The notes beneath the pieces are model-generated. The model did not search any database, was not told the origin of the DNA, and saw only the letters and a list, made by a program, of their open reading frames with translations. Position numbers and translations under genes: made by a program. Of a stretch of DNA of 32,000 bases, positions 1 to 10,246 are shown piece by piece (position 1 is the first letter of the stretch; every line of letters starts with the position of its first letter). The DNA is from a cyanobacterium endosymbiont of Epithemia turgida isolate EtSB Lake Yunoko (GTDB lineage Bacteria > Cyanobacteriota > Cyanobacteriia > Cyanobacteriales > Microcystaceae). The stretch is from contig NZ_AP012549.1 in the NCBI RefSeq assembly GCF_000829235.1, positions 1,076,197 to 1,108,196 of the forward strand. Reading direction: 5' to 3'.

Positions 1-1
1 A

Positions 2-1288
2 TTATTCACAACCACGAAATCAGAAGAAATTTTCACCGCAGCCCAAAAATTAATGCCTGGTGGGGTCAGTTCCCCGGTACGAGCGTTTAAATCTGTTGGT
101 GGACAGCCGATTGTTTTTGATCGCGTTAAGGGAGCCTATATTTGGGATGTAGATGGCAACCAGTATATTGATTATGTAGGAACCTGGGGACCGGCTATCT
201 GTGGCCATGCTCATCCCGAAGTCATTGCAGCCCTCCATGAAGCTTTAGAAAAAGGAACTAGTTTTGGTGCGCCTTCTTTTCAGGAAAATATCTTGGCAGA
301 AATGGTTATTGAAGCTGTTCCTAGTATAGAGATGGTCAGATTCGTCAATTCAGGGACAGAAGCTTGTATGTCTATCTTGCGTCTCATCCGGACATTTACT
401 CGACGCGATAAGATAATTAAATTTGAAGGGTGCTATCATGGCCATGCTGATATGTTCTTAGTCAAAGCAGGGTCAGGGGTTGCAACCTTAGGTTTACCTG
501 ACTCCCCAGGAATTCCTAAAACCACGACTAGAGACACTTTAACGGCTCCTTATAACGATTTAGAAGCGGTTAAAACCCTGTTTGCCAAAAATTCTGATGA
601 AATCGCAGGAGTTATTTTAGAGCCGGTTGTTGGTAATTCCGGCCTGTTAACTCCTGATGCGGGATTTTTAGAGGGTTTGAGGGACTTAACTAAAGAATAC
701 GGGGCTTTACTAGTATTTGATGAAGTAATGACTGGATTTCGCTTAGCTTATGGAGGAGCTCAGGAAAAATTTGGTGTTACTCCTGATCTAACCGCGTTAG
801 GTAAGATTATCGGTGGTGGTTTGCCCGTGGGAGCTTATGGAGGACGTAGGGATATTATGGCAATGGTGGCACCAGTGGGTCCTATGTACCAGGCGGGAAC
901 CTTATCAGGTAATCCTTTAGCTATGACTGCGGGGATTAAGACTCTTAAATTGCTACAAAAACCGGGGACCTATGAATATTTAAGTAGAATTACCCACAAG
1001 CTGAGTGATGGCTTCATCACAATTGCTCAAAAAGCAGGTCATGCTATTTATGGGAGTGGTATCGGGGCTATGTTCGGACTATTTTTTACAGAAGGACCTG
1101 TTCGTAACTACAATGATGCAAAAAAGTCTGACCTACGTAAATTTAGTCTTTTTCATAGGAGAATGCTCGAACATGGTGTTTATTTAGCTCCTTCTCAATT
1201 TGAGGCGGGTTTTACTTCCTTAGCTCATAGTGATGAGGATATTGATCGAACCTTAGAAACAGCACGCAAAGTTTTTGCAACTTTATAA
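2..1288 (+). CDS. hemL: Glutamate-1-semialdehyde 2,1-aminomutase, 5' end cut by the window edge
   Basis: The track ORF 53..1288 stays open in the same frame back to nt 2 ([34 protein letters not shown]), the conserved N-terminal region of GSA aminomutases. It has a class-III aminotransferase body with the PLP-lysine context [20 protein letters not shown]. Confidence 0.93.
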   Translation, partial: LFTTTKSEEIFTAAQKLMPGGVSSPVRAFKSVGGQPIVFDRVKGAYIWDVDGNQYIDYVGTWGPAICGHAHPEVIAALHEALEKGTSFGAPSFQENILAEMVIEAVPSIEMVRFVNSGTEACMSILRLIRTFTRRDKIIKFEGCYHGHADMFLVKAGSGVATLGLPDSPGIPKTTTRDTLTAPYNDLEAVKTLFAKNSDEIAGVILEPVVGNSGLLTPDAGFLEGLRDLTKEYGALLVFDEVMTGFRLAYGGAQEKFGVTPDLTALGKIIGGGLPVGAYGGRRDIMAMVAPVGPMYQAGTLSGNPLAMTAGIKTLKLLQKPGTYEYLSRITHKLSDGFITIAQKAGHAIYGSGIGAMFGLFFTEGPVRNYNDAKKSDLRKFSLFHRRMLEHGVYLAPSQFEAGFTSLAHSDEDIDRTLETARKVFATL

Positions 1289-1494
1289 GTTAGAGAGTTT
1301 TAATTAGCAGTCAATGATTTAACAGAGTACTAGGGGCTTTCTCTTCAATCGCTTAGGTGTTTTTCGGTGGAATGGCATCTACTTTCATACTAAATCTAAT
1401 TTTTATATCTTCTGTTCGTCTCACCTTTCCAAATAATTTTGTCTTGCTCCAAATTTAAGTAGGTTTTTACAACCAAATTTAGTCCTATATGTCA

Positions 1495-1551
1495 AGAAAA
1501 TTCATAATTTCTCTTTTTAATTCTCAAAAAAAGAGAAATTATGAATTTTCT
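1495..1551. repeat. Perfect 24-bp inverted repeat (hairpin), 9-nt loop
   Basis: Left arm 1495..1518 (agaaaattcataatttctcttttt) is the exact reverse complement of right arm 1528..1551. The loop is aattctcaa. It lies 207 nt past the hemL stop in the hemL/permease convergent spacer. Confidence 0.85.
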
Positions 1552-1641
1552 AATAAAAAAGCGAAATTCTATGTCGTAAATTTTTATCTTATTCAATCAC
1601 CATTTCGGCGGTGTTGTTTTGTCCTTTTCGGTACCTTCCTT

Positions 1642-1677
1642 CCAATCAATTACCATCTCAATTGATTGGTTATTTTT
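1642..1677 (+). terminator. Intrinsic-terminator-like hairpin with T-tract
   Basis: ccaatcaatt (1642..1651) pairs with aattgattgg (1660..1669) around an 8-nt loop and is followed by ttattttt. It sits 354 nt downstream of the hemL stop, so assigning it to hemL is uncertain. Confidence 0.45.
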
Positions 1678-2097
1678 ACGAATTAATCGACTGGTTGAGT
1701 GTGATCCTGTAGAGTTTTCTCATTAGTATAGAACTCGTCCCAATTAAGTTTCTATTGTTACAGTCACCTCTTGATAAGAGACTCCAACAACATTTATAAT
1801 ATCCTCTTGAACTCGACCGTCGGTATAGATAATTAATTCTATGGTTTCTATCAACATGGCTTATACTCAACTCATTTTAGGGAGAGGAAATCAGTTGTTA
1901 CTCAAAAAATACTAGTTTTACTTACAAAGTCTATTTAAACAATCTAAATAAACTGCAAACTATAAGTTATTTTTTAGCAATAATTAAAATAATAATTACC
2001 CTTTTTATATACAAAACCTCCTTGACTTTTTATAAGAGCCAAGAGATTTTATTCAACTATAATAAAGACATATAAAATCGTTCCAATTGCAAGAGTA

Positions 2098-3219
2098 CTA
2101 ATTTTTAAGGAAACGAGGATCTAGAGCATCACGTAGTCCATCACCAAGTAGGTTAAAGGATAAAACGGTAAGAACGATCAAAAGGGCAGGTGGCCAAATT
2201 AACCAAGGTTGTAGAATAAGAATCGAGGCATTAGTAGCTACTGAAAGTAAATTTCCCCAACTGGGATCGGGTTGTTGAATTCCTAAACCAATAAGACTCA
2301 ACACAGACTCAGCCACAATGAATCCAGGGATAGCAAGAGTGGCCGAGATGACGATATAGGTGGCGGTTTGAGGTAAGACATGACGAACAATAATTCGCCC
2401 AGGGGTTGCTCCCATCGCCTTTGCTGCCTGGATGAACTCCTGTTCTTTGAGAGAGAGAACTTGACCTCTAATCACCCTTGCTAGTCCAGACCAACTAATG
2501 AGAGAAGTAATAAGAATAATGAGTAAAAATCGTTGTGCACTGCTTAAACTGGGGGGAAGAACTGCCGCTAAGGCAACTAACAGATAAATTCCTGGAATAG
2601 TCATTAATACTTCTACCAGACGCATTGATACCATATCTAACCAACCCCCAAAATAGCCAGAAATTCCTCCGGCAAGTATACCTAAAGGAAAAGAAACTAA
2701 AATTCCTACCAAGCCAATAAATAGACTAATTCTTCCGCCAAATAGTAATCGACTAAATTCATCTCGTCCCTGTTCATCAGTTCCGAGGAGGTTTAATTTA
2801 GCCTTTCCCAGCGCCCCAAATAAATGGCGATCAACAGGTATCCCAGGAAACAGTTCCACTTCTTCAAAAGTGGGGGGTAAAGGGAGACGAATTTGAAACA
2901 GTTGATAACGGTCACCTTTAATAAACAGACGAATAAGTGTAGGATTTTCAAAATCGACATTTAAAGACCGTTCTCCTGTTTCTACGTCTGTCGGACTTTG
3001 AGTTGTGGGGTAGATATGAGGCCCAATAAACTTACCGTCTGGAGTTGTCCAGTAGATGGGGGTCGGGGGTAATAAAGACCCGTCAACTTGAGAAACATAG
3101 GGATTGTAGGGAGCAATAAAATCCGCTAAAATTACTGAAATATAGAAAAATATTAATATAGTTGCTCCAAAACGAGCGAGATAGTTGTTTTTGAGTTTTT
3201 GAAACCAGTTCATAAGCAC
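2098..3219 (-). CDS. ABC transporter permease, DppC/OppC-type (peptide/nickel family)
   Basis: This 373-aa ORF has an N-terminal TM anchor plus several hydrophobic segments. It carries the EAA-loop region of binding-protein-dependent permeases (QEFIQAAKAMGATPGRIIVRHVLPQ). No OppB-like, ATPase or solute-binding partner is present in the window. Confidence 0.88.
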   Translation of the reverse strand: MLMNWFQKLKNNYLARFGATILIFFYISVILADFIAPYNPYVSQVDGSLLPPTPIYWTTPDGKFIGPHIYPTTQSPTDVETGERSLNVDFENPTLIRLFIKGDRYQLFQIRLPLPPTFEEVELFPGIPVDRHLFGALGKAKLNLLGTDEQGRDEFSRLLFGGRISLFIGLVGILVSFPLGILAGGISGYFGGWLDMVSMRLVEVLMTIPGIYLLVALAAVLPPSLSSAQRFLLIILITSLISWSGLARVIRGQVLSLKEQEFIQAAKAMGATPGRIIVRHVLPQTATYIVISATLAIPGFIVAESVLSLIGLGIQQPDPSWGNLLSVATNASILILQPWLIWPPALLIVLTVLSFNLLGDGLRDALDPRFLKN

Positions 3220-4014
3220 TGTAGCTAATCATTTATATGTTGATTGTATAGTGGCTAACTTGATCTTTGACTGACATATAGTAAGGCTTGGAGATAAAAA
3301 GATAAGAAAAATATTTTACTTTTCACTTTCTCGAGACTCTACCAATTGACGCTATCACTACCACGCTACGTCTTAAGATTCTTTATCTAACAAAGATACT
3401 CATTCTGACAGGTCTGAACAAATCAAAATAAGAGCCTCTAAATAAACACTAAAAAAGAAAATTATTTTGTATCTTTACATTAAAATACCCATAGTTAAAC
3501 TTATATTACTTTTAAGGAGATAATCGACAACACCATAACCGAATATAATTGACTTTAAACCACCCTGCTACTTATGAGGTTGATTGGTCTTAATTATTAG
3601 TTTCTATTAAGAATATCTATGGAGTATGGCTTTATTCTTTTCTGTAACCAATATTTTTTAGTTTTTTTACCTGAATCGATTTGAATACAAATCGCTTTCA
3701 GATTTTAATTTGATTAAAAGACTGCCGTGCCGTTTTACCTCAGTTTATGACCTGGACGGACCAGGTGGGCACTGATGCATTTTATTTTCGTTTCCGAGTA
3801 CAAGCCCGGTTTACTACCACAAAAAGCTGTCAGCTCCCTAAACTTACAAAGCATAGATCAAAAAACTTTATTGGCAGCCACCAACGCGGCAGTTACGCCA
3901 TATTATAGCATAATTGAAAGAGTTAAGGTTTTCTAGTTATTGCTATTAAAATAAATGCTGCTAGAATTATCCAGGCATCTTTCAATCAGTGATCGCCGAT
4001 GAAGATTATTATAG

Positions 4015-4066
4015 TCTCATCTGAGTTTTTCCCTACCCTCCCATTCAGGGAAAAACTCAGATGAGA
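4015..4066. repeat. Perfect 20-bp inverted repeat (hairpin), 12-nt loop
   Basis: tctcatctgagtttttccct (4015..4034) is the exact reverse complement of agggaaaaactcagatgaga (4047..4066). The loop is accctcccattc. It lies in the 3.6-kb gene-free spacer. Confidence 0.85.
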
Positions 4067-4329
4067 ACGTTTTCCTTAAGTGCCATGAGATCCAATGGGA
4101 TACATAAGTATATTTATACCATTATTTGTCTGTTTGAATAACCTAAGTTGAGAGAAAAACTGTCTATCAATGGTCTAGTTTTGATCGAACAAGAGTACAC
4201 TTAGGAATGAACAGATGAACCTTATGAACAACTCCTAATCCATTTGACATCATAAACAATTATAATTACCCAATAAAAATTCCTGTTATTTATGCCTATC
4301 TTCGTTCAGGAGGAACATTAGTTAACTGA

Positions 4330-4849
4330 TGTTTAGGGAGTATTCCAGGCAATCTCATCCTATCGAAAGTCAATCCTCTGTCCGCTGTCGGTCCTATTGT
4401 TTATCAAGCACAGCACTGGCTTAATCTTTGAACTGAATATCAGGTTGATAATTTTGTCCAAAAACCTATGGGTAACAGATGAACTGTTTGCCTACCATAT
4501 CTCAAAGGTATAACTATAATCTCATTATTCCGTATTGGACTGAGACTGTATTGACAGTCCTACGGAAAATAACATTTTGACACCGAGTTTTTTATTGGAG
4601 CAGGACATTTATCTGTCTAATTACGGACTAAACCCTTTACTTTTAGTTATAATTCGTCATGGGGCTGACGTTTATGAGTCTATCACCCGCACCTTTCAAC
4701 CCCTACAGTGTTTGGTTCAACTCTTTGGAGAAATATACTTAAAATATCCTCAGGCTATTTGCAAATATCTAATCTTTCATTATAAGCAGATCTGCGAAGA
4801 CTCTATAACTAAAATAAATTTTAGTTACAAAATTCTTGAAATCAATTAA
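4330..4849 (+). pseudogene. Probable decayed gene of unknown identity (frameshift plus in-frame stops)
   Basis: Frame A 4330..4431 reads CLGSIPGNLILSKVNPLSAVGPIVYQAQHWLNL*. Frame B from 4430 reads ELNIRLIILSKNLWVTDELFAYHISKV*L*SHYSVLD*DCIDSPTENNI and then continues into the 90-aa track ORF 4577..4849. Frame B therefore spans 140 codons with only three stops (4511, 4517, 4538), far fewer than expected in A+T-rich DNA. I recognise no family. Confidence 0.3.
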
Positions 4850-5028
4850 GATCTAACTTTGATCAATAAATTTTATTACTTTTATCATTATACAAGAGAT
4901 AATCGCTTAAAGCAATCATCAAAAGAAAGATAACTTACTGAGATTAAGTTACGTCCGGGTAATATAAAATCTGAGCCTTATATTGTGGACAGTGTTGTTC
5001 GAAACTGTCAGAGAGCAGATAAATTATT

Positions 5029-5087
5029 AGGTTATGAATCAAACAGATAGGTTATGAATCAAACAGATAGGTTATGAATCAAACAGA
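5029..5087 (+). repeat. Tandem repeat, 20-bp unit x ~3 (aggttatgaatcaaacagat)
   Basis: Copies lie at 5029..5048, 5049..5068 and 5069..5087. The first two are identical and the third diverges after aggttatgaatcaaacaga. Confidence 0.95.
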
Positions 5088-5241
5088 ATTGTCAAAAATA
5101 GTTTGGGATATCCTCGAATGGCGAGCCTTCATTATTTTAAAAGGGCGTAAAGAATTAAAAACAATTCAGTATCTCTTATATCAAACCCAATTCAAATTGT
5201 CCTACACCATACAGCGATTAGTGAAAAATCAAGCTCAATAA
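5074..5241 (+). CDS. Candidate small protein, 55 aa, below the ORF-track threshold
   Basis: ATG 5074 to TAA 5239..5241 encodes MNQTELSKIVWDILEWRAFIILKGRKELKTIQYLLYQTQFKLSYTIQRLVKNQAQ. The ORF is visibly less A+T-rich than the ~1.6 kb that follows. Its start codon lies inside the third copy of the 20-bp repeat. It has no good SD and I recognise no family. Confidence 0.3.
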   Translation: MNQTELSKIVWDILEWRAFIILKGRKELKTIQYLLYQTQFKLSYTIQRLVKNQAQ

Positions 5242-6847
5242 AAATAACTTCAACAGATAATCAATGAACAATAAAAACAAATAACAAATATAAAAAATAA
5301 ACTAAATTGCAGAAAAAAAATCAATTTTAATATTACAAATTATTGAACACTTACAGGAAATACCTAATAAGAGTAAAGCAACTAGTCTAAGTATATAAAG
5401 TAGTAAATTCTGTTAGTCAAGGAACTGTTTTTTCACAGTTAAAAATATTTAGGTTTAAAAAAAAGAGAATAACTTAGGATTTTATTTGTATTGATTTAAT
5501 AAAAAATAAAGATATTGTTTTTACTAATAAACTTAGTGATACTGTTTAAGTATTCTTCAAAAATTTATATTGCATAATTTTAATACTTACTGCTAAAAAT
5601 AGTATCTTTAAGTCTTATTACAATTGATATAATATACTTTATATTGTTTTCTATATAAATTTATAATTATTTTTATAAACGATAATAACCGGCAATTTAA
5701 AATTGTTTGTATATAACATTAATTAAATAGTAAAACTTGTTTTTTTAAAATGATTATAAATATTTGTCCACTTGTCAAGCCTACCTAAAAAATTTTTTAA
5801 AAAATAGAACATCGGAAACTAAATATACAGAATTAATATATTCTTAATTATATTGCTAGATAGATTAATTGAGCTCGACAAATATTTCACGCATACTGTA
5901 ATTATATCTTGACAAATAACGATCTTAAAAAGTTATTGAGATCAAGATTACGATAAAATTGCGGCATATGTTTAGAATATTTTATGTATTCTTCGTCCCG
6001 GCAAGAAGATTTTTATAATAAAACTTTATATCCCACCAACTTTTTGCCTTGTTTACCATTTTATATATCTATAAATTATCTCTTAACAAGCTCCTTTAGT
6101 GTTGGCACAACTATTTTTTACTCGCTAACTATCTGACGTCAATTAGGCTTGTTTGACTATTGTGACAGTTAATAAATAAAAACCCAACTATTATAAATAA
6201 TTAGTTTTTAACAATTTTATTTAGTAAAATATGTTAACATAACGACTATTTAATAGCTTAATATCATAAAAAAACAGCGCTAAAAAATTTAGTTTAAAGT
6301 TTACATATAAACCTAGATAATTACAACATATTATATATTAAATAATTTATTAAAGTTTAAAATTCTGATTTTAATAAAAGAAAATATTTTTTTATTAAAA
6401 ATCAACGAAATTTTTAAAAAAGAAGAATAATATAGGTGAAATTATATTTACAAAAACTTACAAGTTATCTCAAGACTAAACCAGTTAGGAGAAGAATTTA
6501 TAACAGTTATTCGGCAAAAACTGACTTATTTAGGTCTGTTAAAATTAACTGAGTTATGTCAATAATATTTATTATCCCCGATATTGAGTAACTATACTGA
6601 AAAAACTTTGCGTTAAAATAGGAAAAATTTTTTAACTTAGTATTCTACTAGTTAATTCAACATTATTGGTGTAGTAAACACGCCAAAAGCAAAAGTTAAA
6701 ATAAATAATATTGACTATTTTGACAAACAAAAAATACTTTAATCTGTAGTGTTCTATATAAAAATATTAAACTTGTTGTAAAACTACTATCTACATACTA
6801 TACAATACTATTGTTTTGCTTTAAAACGGTAGGAGTTTAGAGTCTCT

Positions 6848-8320
6848 ATGAGTACAATCGATTGGGTTATTATTTTAGTTTATGCAATGGTTGTACTCGG
6901 AATTGGAATTGCGGCAAGCCGAAAACAAAACAATACGGATGAATATTTCCGAGGATCACAGCAACTCCCTTGGTGGGCAGTTGGCTTGTCAATTGTTGCT
7001 ACATCTTTTTCAGCAGCTTCACTTCTTGGAGGTCCTGGAGAAGGATATAGTCATGGTTTTTTATATTTTCAACTTCAGTTAGGTGATTTGATTGGTTACG
7101 TCCTAGTTATTTTCCTGTTTCTACCATTTTTTGTTCGACTTAATTTAACTACTGCTTATGAATACCTTGAGAAACGTTTCGATGCAAAAACACGCTCTCT
7201 AGGTTCGTTGTGTTTTCTCCTATTTGTCATAGCTCGGTTAGGGGGGCTTTTATATGCGGCATCCCTAGTGGTTTCAAGAGTTACGGGGCTTTCACTGTAT
7301 GTCTCGATATTACTTGTCGGCATTATATCAGTGATCTACACTATAGTCGGTGGAATTACGGCAGTCGTTTGGACTGACGTGCTTCAGTTTTTCATGATTT
7401 TTGTGGGCTTAGTCGCTGGAATTTGGACGATTGTATCAAGTGTACCTGGTGGATTTGGACAACTTTGGCGTGTCGCAGAAGAAGGAGGAAAACTCGCTGT
7501 AGTTAATCTATCTTGGGAACTAAAATCAATCCGTTCTCTACCAACAGCTTTATGCGCTTATGGCATATTGGCTTTTGCTGTGGCAGGAACAAATCAACAA
7601 TCTGTTCAACGTTATGTTTCGTGCCCTGATCTTACATCGGCACGTAAGGCAATTTTGTTTGGATGGGTTGTCGGTTTCGTCGGCGTAGCTGCCACTCTTT
7701 TGCTTGGAGTTTTTTTGTTTGCGTTTTATTCCCTAAATGCCGGACTACCTGATCATATCAAACCCGATGAAATTCTATCCTATTTTATTGTTCATCAAGT
7801 TCCACCAGGTGCTTCAGGATTTTTAGTCGCAGCCGTCTTCGCAGCGGCCATGTCATCAATTGATTCTGCACTTCATTCTCTGGCTACCTGCATGACGGTT
7901 GATTTTTATCAGCGTTACTCTAGGTCAAAACCGAGTGAATCTCAATCCTTGAAGGTAGCTCAGGGTTTGATCTTTATTTGGGGTATTCTTGGTATTTTTT
8001 TGGCGTTTTATGTCGCTTCAACAGGAGAATCTTTACTTCCATTTTTAATAAAATATACTGCCATGTTTTTGGGTCCATTACTGGGAATTTTTTTCATGGG
8101 AGTTCTTTTTTCTCGTATTAATGCAACAGGAGCATTTTACGGAACGATTGCTTCAGTTGCTCTTCTGGCGACTAGTTCAACCTTGAAATGGTTTAGCTTT
8201 CCAGAAATTTGGCAATCTGCAATTGCGGCTCCCCTTGCAGTTATATTAGGTTTGGTAATTTCTTTATTAGGTCAACGGCCGGCAAAAAACTCTCTCAAAG
8301 GGCTTACCCTCTGGACTTAA
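6848..8320 (+). CDS. Sodium:solute symporter family (SSF/SLC5-type) transporter
   Basis: This 490-aa polytopic ORF has roughly 12-13 hydrophobic segments. Its N-terminal pattern EYFRGSQQLPWWAVGLSIVATSFSAASLLGGPGEGY is typical of PutP/PanF/SglT-like symporters. AGGAG lies 14 nt upstream of the ATG. The substrate cannot be inferred. Confidence 0.88.
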   Translation: MSTIDWVIILVYAMVVLGIGIAASRKQNNTDEYFRGSQQLPWWAVGLSIVATSFSAASLLGGPGEGYSHGFLYFQLQLGDLIGYVLVIFLFLPFFVRLNLTTAYEYLEKRFDAKTRSLGSLCFLLFVIARLGGLLYAASLVVSRVTGLSLYVSILLVGIISVIYTIVGGITAVVWTDVLQFFMIFVGLVAGIWTIVSSVPGGFGQLWRVAEEGGKLAVVNLSWELKSIRSLPTALCAYGILAFAVAGTNQQSVQRYVSCPDLTSARKAILFGWVVGFVGVAATLLLGVFLFAFYSLNAGLPDHIKPDEILSYFIVHQVPPGASGFLVAAVFAAAMSSIDSALHSLATCMTVDFYQRYSRSKPSESQSLKVAQGLIFIWGILGIFLAFYVASTGESLLPFLIKYTAMFLGPLLGIFFMGVLFSRINATGAFYGTIASVALLATSSTLKWFSFPEIWQSAIAAPLAVILGLVISLLGQRPAKNSLKGLTLWT

Positions 8321-8395
8321 TAAATAACTACCCCGCCAATTTTTTAAATCAGCGGGATAAAAAAATGAAATTGTTAAGATATCAAACTATAGATT

Positions 8396-10246
8396 TTAAG
8401 CCAAGGCGGCCATTTTTATCTCATTACTGTTTAAAATACTCTGTAGTTCTTCGGCATCAACGGTTTCTTTCTCCACTAACATCTCAGCCAATTTGTCAAG
8501 AATATGACGGTTATTTACTAGCACATCTTTAGCTCGTATATAAGCATTATTGACTAACTGACGAACTTCTTCATCGATTACGGCAGCCGTTTCATCAGAA
8601 AAGTCTCGATCAGAAGCAATGTCACGACCCAAAAAAACATTACCATTCTGCCGACCCAAAGCCACAGGGCCAAGACGATCACTCATTCCAAAACGAGATA
8701 CCATTTGACGGGCAACTCGCGCTACCTGTTGAAGGTCATTAGAAGCACCAGTAGTAACTTCTTCTTCTCCAAAGATGATCTCTTCTGCCACACGACCTCC
8801 TAAAGCTACGGCCATCTGGTTTTGGAGATACGAACGGGAATATAAGCCTGACTCCATACGATCTTCACTAGGAGTGAACCAGGTCAAGCCGCCAGCGCGA
8901 CCACGGGGAATGATGCTAATTTTCTGTACTGGATCATAATCAGGCATTAACGCACCCACTAAAGCATGACCGGCTTCATGGTAGGCCACAAGGGTTTTAC
9001 GTTTTTCACTCATGACACGGTTTTTCTTCTCAGGTCCAGCTAAGACACGATCAATAGCATCATTAACTTCATCCATAGAAATTTCTGTTAAATTCCGACG
9101 GGCAGCCAGAATAGCCGCTTCATTTAAAAGGTTAGACAGATCAGCTCCTGTAAAACCAGGACTACGACGGGCAATTTTATCGAGATCAACGTCTTTAGAT
9201 AAGGTCTTACCACGGGCGTGTACCTTGAGAATTTCTTTACGACCTGCATAGTCAGGACGATCAACCACGACCTGACGGTCAAAACGACCAGGACGTAATA
9301 AAGCCGCATCGAGGACGTCAGGACGGTTTGTAGCAGCAACTATGATTATGCCTGTATTTCCTTCAAAACCATCCATTTCAGTGAGTAATTGGTTGAGAGT
9401 TTGTTCCCGTTCATCGTTACCACCGCCTAAACCTGCACCTCGTTGACGACCAACGGCATCAATTTCATCTATGAAGACGATACAAGGAGCATTGGCTTTT
9501 GCTTGTTCAAAAAGATCTCGAACACGAGAAGCCCCAACACCAACGAACATTTCTACAAATTCTGACCCAGAAATAGAAAAAAAAGGAACACCAGCTTCTC
9601 CAGCTACTGCCTTAGCTAAAAGAGTCTTACCGGTTCCAGGAGGTCCGACTAGAAGAACTCCTTTAGGAATTTTTGCCCCGATAGCAGTAAAGCGGTCAGC
9701 ATTTTTCAAGAAGTCTACGACTTCAGCTAATTCTAATTTAGCCTGTTCAATACCAGCTACATCTCCAAAGGTAACTTGGGTTTGGGGTTCCATTAATACC
9801 CGCGCTTTAGACTTACCAAAGTTCATCGCTTGAGAACCAGGTCCACTTTGGGCGCGACGGAGTAATAGGAAAAGTCCCACTAACAATAAAATAGGAAGGA
9901 ATAAACTACTGGCCACCCGAAACCATAGTCCTTCATCACTTTGAGGCTGAACGGCAATATCGACATTATTTCGAATCAAAATGTTAATTAAGTCAGGATC
10001 GTTTGGAAGGTTAACCAATAAAGGTGCGCCACCATTGGGGTTAGGAACTCTTGCTTCAGTGCGATCAGCACTTAAAGTAACCCGTGTAATTTTATTATTT
10101 TCAACTTTTTTAATAAATTCACTGTAGGTGAGAGGTTCCCGACTTTGAGGTTGTTGATCAAAAAATGCAGAAGCTAAGGCCAGTACCACAATTAACAATA
10201 GTGCGTATAGTCCAGCATTACGCCATTTTTTATTATTTTTCTTCAC
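8396..10246 (-). CDS. ftsH: ATP-dependent zinc metalloprotease FtsH
   Basis: This 616-aa ORF has two N-terminal TM segments, Walker A GPPGTGKT, Walker [10 protein letters not shown], the second region of homology [20 protein letters not shown] and the zinc motif HEAGHA. Confidence 0.96.
   Translation of the reverse strand: MKKNNKKWRNAGLYALLLIVVLALASAFFDQQPQSREPLTYSEFIKKVENNKITRVTLSADRTEARVPNPNGGAPLLVNLPNDPDLINILIRNNVDIAVQPQSDEGLWFRVASSLFLPILLLVGLFLLLRRAQSGPGSQAMNFGKSKARVLMEPQTQVTFGDVAGIEQAKLELAEVVDFLKNADRFTAIGAKIPKGVLLVGPPGTGKTLLAKAVAGEAGVPFFSISGSEFVEMFVGVGASRVRDLFEQAKANAPCIVFIDEIDAVGRQRGAGLGGGNDEREQTLNQLLTEMDGFEGNTGIIIVAATNRPDVLDAALLRPGRFDRQVVVDRPDYAGRKEILKVHARGKTLSKDVDLDKIARRSPGFTGADLSNLLNEAAILAARRNLTEISMDEVNDAIDRVLAGPEKKNRVMSEKRKTLVAYHEAGHALVGALMPDYDPVQKISIIPRGRAGGLTWFTPSEDRMESGLYSRSYLQNQMAVALGGRVAEEIIFGEEEVTTGASNDLQQVARVARQMVSRFGMSDRLGPVALGRQNGNVFLGRDIASDRDFSDETAAVIDEEVRQLVNNAYIRAKDVLVNNRHILDKLAEMLVEKETVDAEELQSILNSNEIKMAALA

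Noticed and set aside
50-238. Short ORFs overlapping accepted genes on the opposite strand or in another frame: 50..238, 1005..1187, 6882..7082, 8209..8532, 9012..9251, 9124..9339, 9471..9833, 16138..16326, 25671..25853, 29812..30069, 31503..31688.
   Set aside because: All lie inside or across strongly supported CDS (hemL, SSS transporter, ftsH, the YlqD-like gene, rpsR, the 217-aa gene, the 85-aa gene). Their composition is odd and they carry no motifs. They are typical shadow ORFs.
1676-1870. 64-aa minus-strand ORF in the hemL/permease spacer.
   Set aside because: It has Cys/Arg/Ser/Asn-rich low-complexity composition, no RBS and no recognisable domain. It is most likely a chance ORF.
3721-3893. 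Identity of the GC-rich island as SRP RNA, tmRNA, RNase P RNA, 6S RNA, or a TPP or cobalamin riboswitch.
   Set aside because: I compared it by eye with the conserved cores I remember: the SRP domain IV GGAA loop region, the tmRNA tag and acceptor ends, the RNase P GAGGAAAGUCC region, the TPP CUGAGA/ACCUGAUCUGG motifs and the B12 box. I found no convincing match. It is kept only as an unclassified candidate.
5242-6847. Multiple TTGACA / TATAAT-like hexamers (for example TTGACA at about 5909 and about 6719) as promoters of the SSS transporter or of unknown RNAs.
   Set aside because: In sequence this A+T-rich, such hexamers occur by chance at high density, and none has a clean 17-nt spacing to a good -10. 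They cannot be called without TSS data.
8329-8360. Possible bidirectional terminator between the convergent SSS transporter and ftsH genes (cccgc ... gcggg).
   Set aside because: The core is only 5 bp (7 with a mismatch), the loop is 15 nt, and the adjacent homopolymer is on the wrong side for either strand. It is not a credible intrinsic terminator.
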